Positions 1 through 8,784 of a stretch of 31,547 nt of DNA are shown one piece after another. Position 1 is the first letter of the stretch. The number at the start of each line of letters is the position of its first letter. This DNA is from Thermoplasmata archaeon. GTDB lineage: Archaea; Thermoplasmatota; Thermoplasmata; Lutacidiplasmatales; UBA184. The notes beneath the pieces were generated by a model. That model was given only the letters and a program-made list of their open reading frames with translations, was not told where the DNA came from and did no database searches. The position numbers and the translations under genes were made by a program. The DNA lies in contig JAJYUO010000001.1 of assembly GCA_021792485.1 (NCBI GenBank), positions 4,276 to 35,822 of the forward strand, in the 5' to 3' direction.

Positions 1-2
1 AC

Positions 3-947
3 GTCCGTGAGGGGATCGAACGTCCGTTCGCCGAGATCGAGAGGGCCGGGCGCGCGGACCTCGAGCGCAACCAACGCCGCCTCGAGCAGATTGCTCGGGA
101 AAGTCACACGACGATCCCCGGACTCCTCGAGCAGCTCAAGGCCGACCACCCGACCGCCGCGAACCTGATCCCGACGGCCCGATCCCTGGTGGAGGGAGCG
201 CGACGCTTCGTCGAGGAACACGCCCTGGTGACGATCCCCGAAGGAGCTCGCGTCCGTGTCGAGGAGACCCCGGCGTGGGGCCGCTCTCTTTCCACGGCCA
301 GCATGGAGTCCCCGGGTCCGTTCGAGACGTCAAGCGGCGACGGAATCTACTATGTGACTCCGGTCGACCCGGCGTGGACCCCGAAGCAGCAGGAGGAGTG
401 GCTGCGTTCGCTCAACCGCGAGATGCTCGCGAACATCACCGCACACGAGGTCTACCCCGGTCACTACCTCCAGTTCCTCCACCTTCGCCGGGCGACGGGC
501 TCTCTCGCGCGGAAGGTGTACCTGTCGCCGTCGTTCGTCGAAGGATGGGCCCACTACACCGAACAGCTCGTGATCGAGGAGGGGTTCGGAGCGCCGGGCG
601 TCCACGCCGAAGTTGCCCAACTCCATGATGCGCTATTGCGCGATTGCCGTCTGCTCGCCTCGATCGGATTGCACACCGCCGGCTGGACCGTGGCCCAGGC
701 GACGGCCCTGATCGAGAAGGAGGCGCACTTCGATCATCACCCCGCCGAGCGCGAAGCGATCCGCGGGACCTACAACCCCGAGTACTTCTGCTATACGTTG
801 GGAAAGCTCGCGATCTTGGAGGCACGTGGGAAGTTCCTTCGGGCAAAATTCGGCGGCGCGCTTCGGGGGTTCCACGACACCCTCCTCGGCTTCGGCGGCC
901 CCCCGCTCGGCCTCTTCGATCGCTTGTTCGCCCGTGCGGCGACGTAG
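3..947 (+). CDS. DUF885 family protein (5' partial, extends beyond window)
   Basis: The frame is open from position 3 (VREGIERPF...). Motifs HEVYPGHYLQ, FVEGWAHYTE and YFCYTLGKLAILE are typical of the DUF885 metallopeptidase-like family. Confidence 0.85.
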   Translation, partial: VREGIERPFAEIERAGRADLERNQRRLEQIARESHTTIPGLLEQLKADHPTAANLIPTARSLVEGARRFVEEHALVTIPEGARVRVEETPAWGRSLSTASMESPGPFETSSGDGIYYVTPVDPAWTPKQQEEWLRSLNREMLANITAHEVYPGHYLQFLHLRRATGSLARKVYLSPSFVEGWAHYTEQLVIEEGFGAPGVHAEVAQLHDALLRDCRLLASIGLHTAGWTVAQATALIEKEAHFDHHPAEREAIRGTYNPEYFCYTLGKLAILEARGKFLRAKFGGALRGFHDTLLGFGGPPLGLFDRLFARAAT

Positions 948-1006
948 GGGACCCCAAGCGCGTCGGCCGGAAAGACTCATGGGGGTTGCCGGTTCGTCCT
1001 GGACCG

Positions 1007-1645
1007 ATGACCCCACCCGCGCTACCCGCAGGCGGGCTCCAGGCGCCGGATCTGACGGGGCCCACCTCGATCCTCAATTGGCCGATCGCTGGCCCTCGGG
1101 CGCAGCGGCGGCGCCGACGACGCCCGTTCGCCCACGTCCACATCGAGATCGACCTACGGCCGGAGTCGCCCCCGCCGGGCCGGGGCCTCCTGGGAAAGAT
1201 CGAAAAGGTGCTCCGCGAGCGCGAGGTCGTGGAATCGCCGAATCTCTTGCGGTTCACCTTCGGCATACTGCACGCGTTCAGCGCCGCCGGGTTCGTCCGG
1301 ATCCATCATTGGGAGGTCCAGCCCGGCGGATGGCTCCCGCTTCCCGAAGACGCATCGGGCGCGAGAGACGAGGAGCCGCTCGGACACTTCCTCCGCGCGC
1401 TCCAGAGCGACGCCTGGTCCCGGCTGCGAACGGCCCGATCGTTCTCGATGCGGCTCGGCGCGATGGGCCACCTTCACGCCGACGTCGTGATCCGCCGCGC
1501 GCACCGGGAACGGAACCACACCGTGTCGGTCGACCTGCGCGGTCGATTCCCCGAGGAGGCGGTCGATGACCTCGTCGGAGCCATCCGATCCCGGATGCCG
1601 GTGCGTTCGACGAAGGTGACCGAGGCCTCGTACGTGCCGGCCTGA
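1007..1645 (+). CDS. hypothetical protein
   Basis: ATG at 1007 lies inside track ORF 644..1645. The product looks globular (HVHIEIDL...HTVSVDLRG), fills the gap between DUF885 and msrA, and stops 7 nt before msrA. I recognise no family. Confidence 0.7.
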   Translation: MTPPALPAGGLQAPDLTGPTSILNWPIAGPRAQRRRRRRPFAHVHIEIDLRPESPPPGRGLLGKIEKVLREREVVESPNLLRFTFGILHAFSAAGFVRIHHWEVQPGGWLPLPEDASGARDEEPLGHFLRALQSDAWSRLRTARSFSMRLGAMGHLHADVVIRRAHRERNHTVSVDLRGRFPEEAVDDLVGAIRSRMPVRSTKVTEASYVPA

Positions 1646-1652
1646 GGAGAGC

Positions 1653-2234
1653 ATGACCGACCTTCCCCCTCCGCACACCGCCAACCCCGGCGAATCGGTG
1701 GCGACGTTTGCCGGCGGGTGCTTCTGGTGCACGGAAGCGGTCTTCTCCGAGCTGAAGGGAGTTCGCCAGGTCCTTCCCGGTTACTCCGGCGGGACCGTTC
1801 CCGACCCATCGTACGAAGATGTCTGTACCGGCGCGACCGGTCACGCGGAGACGGTCGAGATCCTCTTCGATCCGAACGAGATCTCCTACCGAGATCTATT
1901 GACGGTTTTCTTCTCGACGCACGATCCCACGACCATGAACCGTCAAGGCGGGGACGTAGGGACGCAGTATCGTTCCGCGATCTTCTATCACGACGAATCA
2001 CAGCGCCGGGAGGCGAACGAGATCATCGCGGAACTCCAACGCGAGAAGATCTGGCGTCGGCCGATCGTCACCCAGGTAGTGCCGTTCCAGAAGTTCTATC
2101 CGGCCGAGGAGTACCACCGCGCCTACTTCCGCCGGAACCCCGAACGGGGGTACTGCCAGCTGGTCATCGCACCGAAGATGTCGAAGTTCCGGGCCAAGTA
2201 CGCGAAGCTCCTGGGACCGCGGCCCACCCCATAG
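1653..2234 (+). CDS. msrA: peptide-methionine (S)-S-oxide reductase MsrA
   Basis: Catalytic GCFWC motif, plus GYSGG, CTGATGHAE, QYRSAIF, FYPAEEYH and C-terminal GYC. GAGGAG precedes the ATG. Confidence 0.97.
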   Translation: MTDLPPPHTANPGESVATFAGGCFWCTEAVFSELKGVRQVLPGYSGGTVPDPSYEDVCTGATGHAETVEILFDPNEISYRDLLTVFFSTHDPTTMNRQGGDVGTQYRSAIFYHDESQRREANEIIAELQREKIWRRPIVTQVVPFQKFYPAEEYHRAYFRRNPERGYCQLVIAPKMSKFRAKYAKLLGPRPTP

Positions 2235-2380
2235 GCTCCGAGGGTGCGCCGTGCGAGTTCGTTGGGACGCACGGAACCGCCGTCGTCCGGGCCGGAGCGG
2301 ACGCATTCGCCGACGGGGGACCGCCCCGAACAGGCATGCGACGAGAGAGAGGGATCAGCACGCCCCGTAGCACCGGTCGA

Positions 2381-3466
2381 ATGTCGCCGTCGAAGCACGC
2401 AAGGTCCCGCCCCGGTCTCTCGTCGTTCTCTCAGTTCGCGCTGACGCGGGGCCTCCTCATCCCCGCCCAGCTCCTGCTCGTGCTGCTCATCGCCTACCTC
2501 TCGATCCAGGTCCCGAGCGACCTCACCCGCTTCGGCGCTCCGCCGCTCACCATCCTGTCGTTCTTCACGGGGTTCTGGGGCATGGTCGCTAACATCTTCA
2601 CCGGTCACTGGGGGATCGCGAGCGGGACGCTCACGTACGACGGCCATTCGTGGTTCCAGCTGTACAAGGACTTCCTTCCGAACTCCCTTCAGATCGCCCT
2701 GTTCGCCCTCCCGATCGCAGCCGCGCTCGCCTACGGGATCGGGCTCGCCTCCGGGTGGACGAAGCGGCCGGAGTACGACACCCCGAGCCGGATCACCACC
2801 CTCGGGTTCGGCCTCGTTCCCGCCTTCATCATCGCCCTACTGATCGAGTTCGCGCTCTTCTTCGCCTTCTACCATGCCTTCCACGACATTCCCGGCGACG
2901 GCATCATCCCCTCTCCTTCGTGGTACCCGAATGGCATCTTCCCGTCGTGGGTCACCGACGGTTGGGTCACGCATCCCACCGGCCTTCCCATGATCGATGG
3001 GATCGTCCACGAGGACTGGCCGTTCGAGGCGATCACTCTCGCGAAGACGCTCATGCAGGCGATCGTCGTCGCGATCGTCTACGTCGCGATCTTCATGCGG
3101 CATGCCCGCAACGTCGTCGCCTCGGCGAGCCAGGAGGCGTCGATCACCGCCGCCCGCTCCCGGGGGATCTCGGAGCATACCCTCCTTTGGCGGCATACGG
3201 CCGCCCAGGTGCGCCCGACGTTCCTCCTCTTGTTCGCGCTGACGATCCCCGCCTACCTCGCGACGCAGTTCGTGGTCGAGTCGGTGTTCGTCGATCCCGG
3301 CGTCGGCTATCTCACGCTCACCGTGCTGACCGCACCGAAGGGCAACGAGAACCTCGCCGGCATCGAAGGGATGGTCTTCGTGCTCGCGATCGTGGTGCTC
3401 GTCTGGGCGTTCGTGGTCGATCTCTTCGCGGCGAAATCGGACCCGCGGGGCGTGGTAGCCCGATGA
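2381..3466 (+). CDS. ABC transporter permease, DppB/OppB-like
   Basis: ATG at 2381 lies in track ORF 1718..3466. Multiple TM helices, PNSLQIAL, EAA-like loop EASITAARSRGISEHTLLWRH, and VESVF..PGVG. Confidence 0.85.
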   Translation: MSPSKHARSRPGLSSFSQFALTRGLLIPAQLLLVLLIAYLSIQVPSDLTRFGAPPLTILSFFTGFWGMVANIFTGHWGIASGTLTYDGHSWFQLYKDFLPNSLQIALFALPIAAALAYGIGLASGWTKRPEYDTPSRITTLGFGLVPAFIIALLIEFALFFAFYHAFHDIPGDGIIPSPSWYPNGIFPSWVTDGWVTHPTGLPMIDGIVHEDWPFEAITLAKTLMQAIVVAIVYVAIFMRHARNVVASASQEASITAARSRGISEHTLLWRHTAAQVRPTFLLLFALTIPAYLATQFVVESVFVDPGVGYLTLTVLTAPKGNENLAGIEGMVFVLAIVVLVWAFVVDLFAAKSDPRGVVAR

Positions 3467-4440
3467 GCGAGGACGCCGCTCGCCCCCGTCACCTCGCCGT
3501 CTACCGCCGGCATCCGTTCGGACCGCAGCTGTGGATCGGGATCGGCATGCTCGCCTTCTACGTCGCGGTCGCGGTCAGCGCGCTGATCGTCTTTCGAGGG
3601 TCGCTCGGCACCCTCTCGGAAAACTTCGCCTGGCAGTCCCCGCTGCCGCCGATCGGGCCGTCCTGGACCTACCCGTTCGGGATACTTCCGGGATTCGGGG
3701 TGAACCTGCTCGACGCGGTATGGCAGGCGACGCCGTGGGACCTCGCGATCGTCTTGGGGATCCTCGCCATCGATGGCGCGCTCGGCGCGCTGATCGGCGC
3801 AATCGCCGGCCTTCACGAGGGGAGCGCGATCGACCACGCCGTCACCTTCCTCAGCGATTCGTTGGGAGCGATCCCGGCCGTCATTCTCGTCGCCGTGATC
3901 TTCGCCGGGATCGTCCTCGCCGCCCCCGCGGATCGCTCGCTGTGGCTCTTCGTCGTCCTCTTCGGCCTCCTCCTCTGGCCGCCGAGCGCTCGCACGGTCC
4001 GCGAGCGCGTGCGGGAGCTCGCCCAGCGGCCGTACGTGGAGGCGTCACGGGCGAACGGAGCGTCCGACCGCCGCATTCTCTTCCGCCATCTCCTGCCGAA
4101 CTCGCTCGGGCCGGTGCTGGCGCAGATTCCGGTGGACGTCGCGGCGGTATTCTTCTTCCTCAGCGTGTACCCTTGGTTCTTCAACTGCGCGAGCCCGTAT
4201 CCCGGTCCCGGGGTCGGTTACCATGTCCCCGGTCTCCCGCCGTTCTCGCCGCTTCCGTCGACGATGTTTCCCGAATGGGGCTATCAGCTCGGGTTCAGCG
4301 CGTGCGACGCGTTCCTCGTCCCGGGCGGGCCGATCTACTGGTGGATGTTCCTCTTCCCGCTCCTCGCCATCGTGGGGCTGGGGATCGCGATCGCGTTCGC
4401 CTGCGACGGGCTCGAGAAGTGGCTGCGCTTCGGGGCGTAG
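3463..4440 (+). CDS. ABC transporter permease, DppC/OppC-like
   Basis: ATGA overlap with the upstream permease. PPIGPSWTYPFG, EAA loop YVEASRANGASDRRILFRHLLPNSL, PEWG, and WWMFLFP. Confidence 0.88.
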   Translation: MSEDAARPRHLAVYRRHPFGPQLWIGIGMLAFYVAVAVSALIVFRGSLGTLSENFAWQSPLPPIGPSWTYPFGILPGFGVNLLDAVWQATPWDLAIVLGILAIDGALGALIGAIAGLHEGSAIDHAVTFLSDSLGAIPAVILVAVIFAGIVLAAPADRSLWLFVVLFGLLLWPPSARTVRERVRELAQRPYVEASRANGASDRRILFRHLLPNSLGPVLAQIPVDVAAVFFFLSVYPWFFNCASPYPGPGVGYHVPGLPPFSPLPSTMFPEWGYQLGFSACDAFLVPGGPIYWWMFLFPLLAIVGLGIAIAFACDGLEKWLRFGA

Positions 4441-4496
4441 ACACGGGGCCGGCGCGCGACCGCAAACGTTCACTCCTCCGGAGCGGTCGGGAGACC

Positions 4497-5228
4497 GTGG
4501 CGGCACGAGAGAGGGTCGACCGGTTCCGGATCTCCGCGAAGGATCTGGGGCAGCTCGCGATGCCGGAGTTCTGCCCGCGATGCTTCTGGCTCGACCGGCA
4601 CTACGACCTCCCGTTCGGCGGGCCGTTTCCGGGGATCTTCTCGTCGCTCGATTCCTACTCGAAGAAGATCGTCCATGCGTCGTTCGACCAGCATGGAGTT
4701 CCGCCTTCGTGGCTCGGGTCCCTCGGCCCGTTTTCCTCCTACATCCCTCCCCCCTCGCCGCAGAAGTTCTACCTCGACGACGACGCGAACGGCCTCCGTC
4801 TCACGGGGGCGCCCGACGGGATCCTCGTGCGCGCCGACGGCCGCAAGGTGATCGTCGATTACAAGACCGCGAAGCGCACCGAATCCCAAGACGAGCTGCG
4901 GCCGATCTACGAGGTGCAACTGAACGGGTACGCCCTGATCGCCGAATCTCGAGGCTTGGGTCCGGTCGCCCGGCTCGCGCTCGTGTACACCGAGCCGATC
5001 ACCGACGGGCCCGAGGGCCTGTTCGAGAGCGCCCGAACCGAGGAAGGGTTCGCGATGGGCTTTCGGGCGACGATCGAAGAGGTTCCGCTCGACCCCGCCC
5101 TCCTCCCTCCGCTGATGCGACGCGCTCGGGAGATCTACGACGCTCCGAGTCCCCCCGAGGGCCGACCGGGGTGCGAAGATTGCGAGCGGTTCGAGGCGCT
5201 CGCCTCCGCCGCCCGGGAATGGACGTAG
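4497..5228 (+). CDS. PD-(D/E)XK nuclease family protein (RecB/Cas4-like)
   Basis: GTG at 4497. GAPDGIL...IVDYKT (PD...DxK) and YEVQLNGY (QxxxY) motifs, with cysteine pairs CPRC (N-terminal) and CEDC (C-terminal). Confidence 0.8.
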   Translation: MAARERVDRFRISAKDLGQLAMPEFCPRCFWLDRHYDLPFGGPFPGIFSSLDSYSKKIVHASFDQHGVPPSWLGSLGPFSSYIPPPSPQKFYLDDDANGLRLTGAPDGILVRADGRKVIVDYKTAKRTESQDELRPIYEVQLNGYALIAESRGLGPVARLALVYTEPITDGPEGLFESARTEEGFAMGFRATIEEVPLDPALLPPLMRRAREIYDAPSPPEGRPGCEDCERFEALASAAREWT

Positions 5229-5301
5229 CCGACGATTCCTTCCCCGCCCGCCTACCGCACATCGATTTAGAGCCGGCGTGCGTGGCTCCTTGGCGAGGGT
5301 C

Positions 5302-6021
5302 GTGACGAGCGAGTGGACCGACTGGCATCGGCAGTACGAGCCGGGTTCCCCGCTCACGAAGCGGCTCGAGGTCGTTCGCGCGTTGATCCGAGAGGAGCTC
5401 GATCGTCGGCCCCCCGGCCGTCTCCGTGCGATCAGCATGTGCGCGGGAGACGGGCGGGATCTCCTCGAGGTTCTCGCGACCCATCCTCGGCGGAGCGATG
5501 TCACCGCCCGTCTGGTCGAGCTCGACGCCGAGCTGGCCGAGGGAGCGCGGGCTCGAGCGACCCGCCGCGGTCTAACGGGGATCGAGGTCGTCGAAGGCGA
5601 CGCCGGGCTCGCGCAGACGTACGACGGCGCGGTGCCGGCCGACCTCCTCCTCGTCTGCGGCGTCTACGGCAACGTCTCCGACTCCGACATCCGTGCGACG
5701 ATCTCCCACCTTCCCGAGCTCGCCGCGCGCGGCGCGTGCGTCGTCTGGACCCGGGGTCGGTTCGAGCCGGATCTCACGCCCGCGATCCGCACCTGGTTTT
5801 GGGAGTCCGGGTTCGAGGAGATCGGGTTCGTGCCGGTTCCCGAGAGCACGATGTCGGCCGGAGCGAACCGCCTCGTCGCCCCCCCGCGTCCGTTCGATCC
5901 CTCGGTCCGCCTCTTCCAATTCCTCCCGGCGGGGGAGCGGCCGGCCGACCGGGCCCGGGCCCGCGCGAGGAGCGTGTTTGCCCCTTTGCCCCCGGCGGCG
6001 AGCGGGGGATCCCGCCGGTGA
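5302..6021 (+). CDS. class I SAM-dependent methyltransferase
   Basis: SMCAGDGRDLL (motif I variant), RLVELD (acidic residue at end of strand 2), GDAG, and LLLVCGVYGN. The start is GTG 5302, alternatively GTG 5278. Confidence 0.8.
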   Translation: MTSEWTDWHRQYEPGSPLTKRLEVVRALIREELDRRPPGRLRAISMCAGDGRDLLEVLATHPRRSDVTARLVELDAELAEGARARATRRGLTGIEVVEGDAGLAQTYDGAVPADLLLVCGVYGNVSDSDIRATISHLPELAARGACVVWTRGRFEPDLTPAIRTWFWESGFEEIGFVPVPESTMSAGANRLVAPPRPFDPSVRLFQFLPAGERPADRARARARSVFAPLPPAASGGSRR

Positions 6022-6079
6022 GCGGGAACGAGATCGCCCTCGGCCGGGGAACCGGGATCGGGCTAGCGAGGCGTCGGGG

Positions 6080-7177
6080 CTACAGGGGGATCGGCCGCCC
6101 GTCGACCTCGACGGTCGCGCCGGCGTCGATGGCATACCCGAAGAACGGAGACGGGTTGTTCCCTCCGAAAAAGCGGTTGGATCCGACGGAAACCATCACG
6201 GCACCGCGTTCCAGGTCCTCCACCTGCGGGGTGTCCTTGAGCTTGGGGTTGAGCCCGATCCCGAGCATGCCGGGACGGTCGCGTCCCCGGCCGCCCGTCC
6301 GGTACGGCCGATCGAAGAACCGCTGTCCCCGGTCGAACTCCGCACTGACGAGCCGGCCGGACCGGAACCGCAGCACTCCGCCGGCCGCCTTCCCCGAGTC
6401 GTAGTAGCAGCTTCGATTCGCGACGATCGTGCCCTCCGCGACGGACTCGTCCAGAGCGACGCGGACCGATCCCGCCGGTAGGTTGGTCAGGAAGTCGAAC
6501 GGCCGGCGCTTGTCACCGACCCTCGGTCGCCCGATCGATGCGGTCGCTCGCCGATGAGCGAGGCCCAGGGTGAGATCGGTCCCCCCTCGGCTACGGATCC
6601 GCAGCGTGCGACCGTGCTCAAGCGCCCGGACGATCGGCGTCGCCGTGCGCTGGAGCTCGTCCGGACCTACGAGGGTGGCCTGTACCAGCTGGTCCGTCCA
6701 TGTCCCAAGATCGGCGCCGTAGGCGCGTGCGAGCGTGGGATACGGTCGCCCCAGCTCCATCCGGGCTCCGCGGAGCCCGGCCCTGCGGGCTGCTTCGTAC
6801 CATCCCATGTTGAAGGCGAACAGGCGATCCCGATCCGCGCTCCGCATCGCATCGAGCCGCACCCGGTCGCCCGGCCCCCAGAAGTGCAGGTACGCGTTCG
6901 TTTGCCCGAGGGCAGCCCACTCGTGGCGGGCCCGGACGCCGAGCACGTCGAGCTTACCCTCGCTCACGAGGTCCCAGTATGCCTCCTCGTCTTCGTAGAA
7001 CACGATCGGGTAGGCGCCGATCCGACGCGCTTCGCGCGCGAACGCGACGGCCCATGGGAGGGTATGCGTCCACGCTTCCACGACGACGCGCTCACCGGGG
7101 CGCAAGCGGATGTTGCGGGAGAGGACGGAACGGGCGACCTTCGAACGCGTGGCCGGAGAGATCGCGGGCCCGGGCAT
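6080..7177 (-). CDS. M29 (thermophilic metalloprotease/aminopeptidase T)-like protein with degenerate metal ligands
   Basis: Scaffold motifs RPGERVVV, GTDLTL, NLPAG, EG.IVA, LGIGLNP and GSN.FFGG match M29, but the ligand positions are substituted. Start is ATG 7177 or GTG 7183. Confidence 0.8.
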   Translation of the reverse strand: MPGPAISPATRSKVARSVLSRNIRLRPGERVVVEAWTHTLPWAVAFAREARRIGAYPIVFYEDEEAYWDLVSEGKLDVLGVRARHEWAALGQTNAYLHFWGPGDRVRLDAMRSADRDRLFAFNMGWYEAARRAGLRGARMELGRPYPTLARAYGADLGTWTDQLVQATLVGPDELQRTATPIVRALEHGRTLRIRSRGGTDLTLGLAHRRATASIGRPRVGDKRRPFDFLTNLPAGSVRVALDESVAEGTIVANRSCYYDSGKAAGGVLRFRSGRLVSAEFDRGQRFFDRPYRTGGRGRDRPGMLGIGLNPKLKDTPQVEDLERGAVMVSVGSNRFFGGNNPSPFFGYAIDAGATVEVDGRPIPL

Positions 7178-7219
7178 CGCCACCGTACGCCGATCGGCGA
7201 TTTAGCTCCGAGGGCGGCG

Positions 7220-8338
7220 CTACCCGGTGGACGGGTTCGCAACGCTGACGGAGTGAATCCCGGGGAAACCAAACGGGACCTGCCGCCAGGAAGAGCCGCC
7301 GTCCGAACTTACGAAGAGATGACCGGTGGTCGTGCCCACGTAGATCCCCGGCTCCTCCCGGTTGTCGGTCGCCATCCCCTCACGGTGAACCGCATAGTGG
7401 CCCGGGAACGCATTCGGGTGGACGAGGGTCCGCCACTTCTGCCTCTCGTCGTTCCATTCCTGGACCTGGAAGTGCCCTATCCCCGTCGTTCGGTCGCGCC
7501 CATCGAGCCGGACGAAGTACGCCCTCCCGGGCGCCGCCGACGGGCTCGCGACGCAGAAGCCGAAATCGTCCCCCAGCGGCCGACCGATCCGAATCCACCG
7601 ATCCATCCGGTCGTGGGAGACGTACATCCCACCGTGGTCCTGGCGGTAGAACGTATCGGGGTTCGCCGCGTCCGGCACGACGTGGTGCACGCACTGGCCG
7701 GTCTCAGGGTGTTTGTTCGGTAGAAAAGGGGCGAGGACGCCCTTGTTCGTGGGGGTCCAACTGCGACCCCCGTTCTCGGTGCGGAACGTCCCGACCGCCG
7801 ATAGGCCGACGTACATCCGCTTCGGATCGCGGGGATCGATGAGGATCGTGTGGAGGCACGCGCCGCCGGCCCCGGGGGCCCAATCCTTTCGCGCCGGGTG
7901 CTCGTTAATGCTATCGACGGACTCCCAACTCCTGCCTAGGTCGTCGCTACGGAACAGGAGGTGCGGGTCGGCACCGAGGAAGAGCACGTTCGGCTCGCGA
8001 GGATGACCGGGCTCGATGTGCCAGAGGTTGGCGACCGGCGCGGAGGGGTGCGTGCGGTTCCGCCGGGCCTTCGTGCGCGGGAGGAGCGGGGTCGCGATCT
8101 CCTTCCACGTGCGGCCTCCGTCCTGGGACCGATGAACGGCGGGTCCCCAGAACCCGTTGTTGACGGCGGCGTACCGGCTTCCGGGGTGGCGGGGATCGGC
8201 GACGACGTGGTAGACCTCGTCCCCCTCGTGCGCCCGCCGACCGACCCTCCATGAGTGCCGGCGCGTGTCACCCTCGACGACGAAGGTTCCCTTCCGGGTG
8301 CCGAGCAGGATCTGGATTCGACTTCTTCGTTCCGGCAT
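7220..8338 (-). CDS. BNR/Asp-box beta-propeller protein (sialidase-like family of unknown function)
   Basis: Repeated Asp-boxes SQDGGRTW, SDDLGRSW, TENGGRSW, SHDRMDRW and SSDGGSSW, with N-terminal LLGTRKG. Confidence 0.88.
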   Translation of the reverse strand: MPERRSRIQILLGTRKGTFVVEGDTRRHSWRVGRRAHEGDEVYHVVADPRHPGSRYAAVNNGFWGPAVHRSQDGGRTWKEIATPLLPRTKARRNRTHPSAPVANLWHIEPGHPREPNVLFLGADPHLLFRSDDLGRSWESVDSINEHPARKDWAPGAGGACLHTILIDPRDPKRMYVGLSAVGTFRTENGGRSWTPTNKGVLAPFLPNKHPETGQCVHHVVPDAANPDTFYRQDHGGMYVSHDRMDRWIRIGRPLGDDFGFCVASPSAAPGRAYFVRLDGRDRTTGIGHFQVQEWNDERQKWRTLVHPNAFPGHYAVHREGMATDNREEPGIYVGTTTGHLFVSSDGGSSWRQVPFGFPGIHSVSVANPSTG

Positions 8339-8346
8339 GCCGCCGT

Positions 8347-8625
8347 CTATCCTCCGGCGATCGAGTGCAGGATGTCGACGACCCCGGCCCCCGAGAGGGG
8401 TGTCGATCCCGCAGTCGTTCCACTCACATCCTCCCCATCGATGAACACGCGCACGTGCCGGCGGAGGTGGCCAGTCTCGTCGCGCAGTTTGAACCTGAGG
8501 CGGGGGTACCGCTCTTCGAGACTATCGATCAGGTGATCGACCGAATCGGCTTCCACCGATTCGCGGGGCTTCGGACCGAACTGGCGGAGCCAACCGTCGA
8601 GTCGGACCTCGATGGTCGGGCCCAT
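8347..8625 (-). CDS. MoaD/ThiS/SAMP ubiquitin-like small protein
   Basis: 92 aa beta-grasp pattern (LEERYPRL...VRVFIDGEDV...) ending in the di-glycine SIAGG. Confidence 0.92.
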   Translation of the reverse strand: MGPTIEVRLDGWLRQFGPKPRESVEADSVDHLIDSLEERYPRLRFKLRDETGHLRRHVRVFIDGEDVSGTTAGSTPLSGAGVVDILHSIAGG

Positions 8626-8646
8626 GGCGGGGAGAACGGGCCGGGG

Positions 8647-8654
8647 TATTCATA
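8647..8654 (-). promoter_or_regulatory. putative TATA box for the leaderless Ubl operon
   Basis: TATGAATA on the minus strand, centred about 25 nt upstream of ATG 8625, in a GC-rich background. Confidence 0.5.
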
Positions 8655-8754
8655 GTCGTCGGCAGGAAGCGGGCGAGGGCCGGGCTACGGTGGCCGTACC
8701 TGCGCGAAGATCCCGAAGGGAAGGCAGGCGAATTCGTTTGCGTTGAGCGATAGG

Positions 8755-8763
8755 TTTGAAATA
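8755..8763 (+). promoter_or_regulatory. putative TATA box for the membrane protein gene
   Basis: TTTGAAATA centred about 26 nt upstream of ATG 8785. Confidence 0.5.
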
Positions 8764-8784
8764 CAGGACATCATCCGGGAATCT

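Noticed and set aside
4457-4489. 7-bp inverted repeat CGACCGC/GCGGTCG upstream of the nuclease
   Set aside because: It is short and GC-only with a long loop, so expected by chance at this GC content.
4497-5228. CRISPR-Cas locus suggested by the Cas4-like gene
   Set aside because: No repeat-spacer array and no cas1, cas2 or effector genes are in the window.
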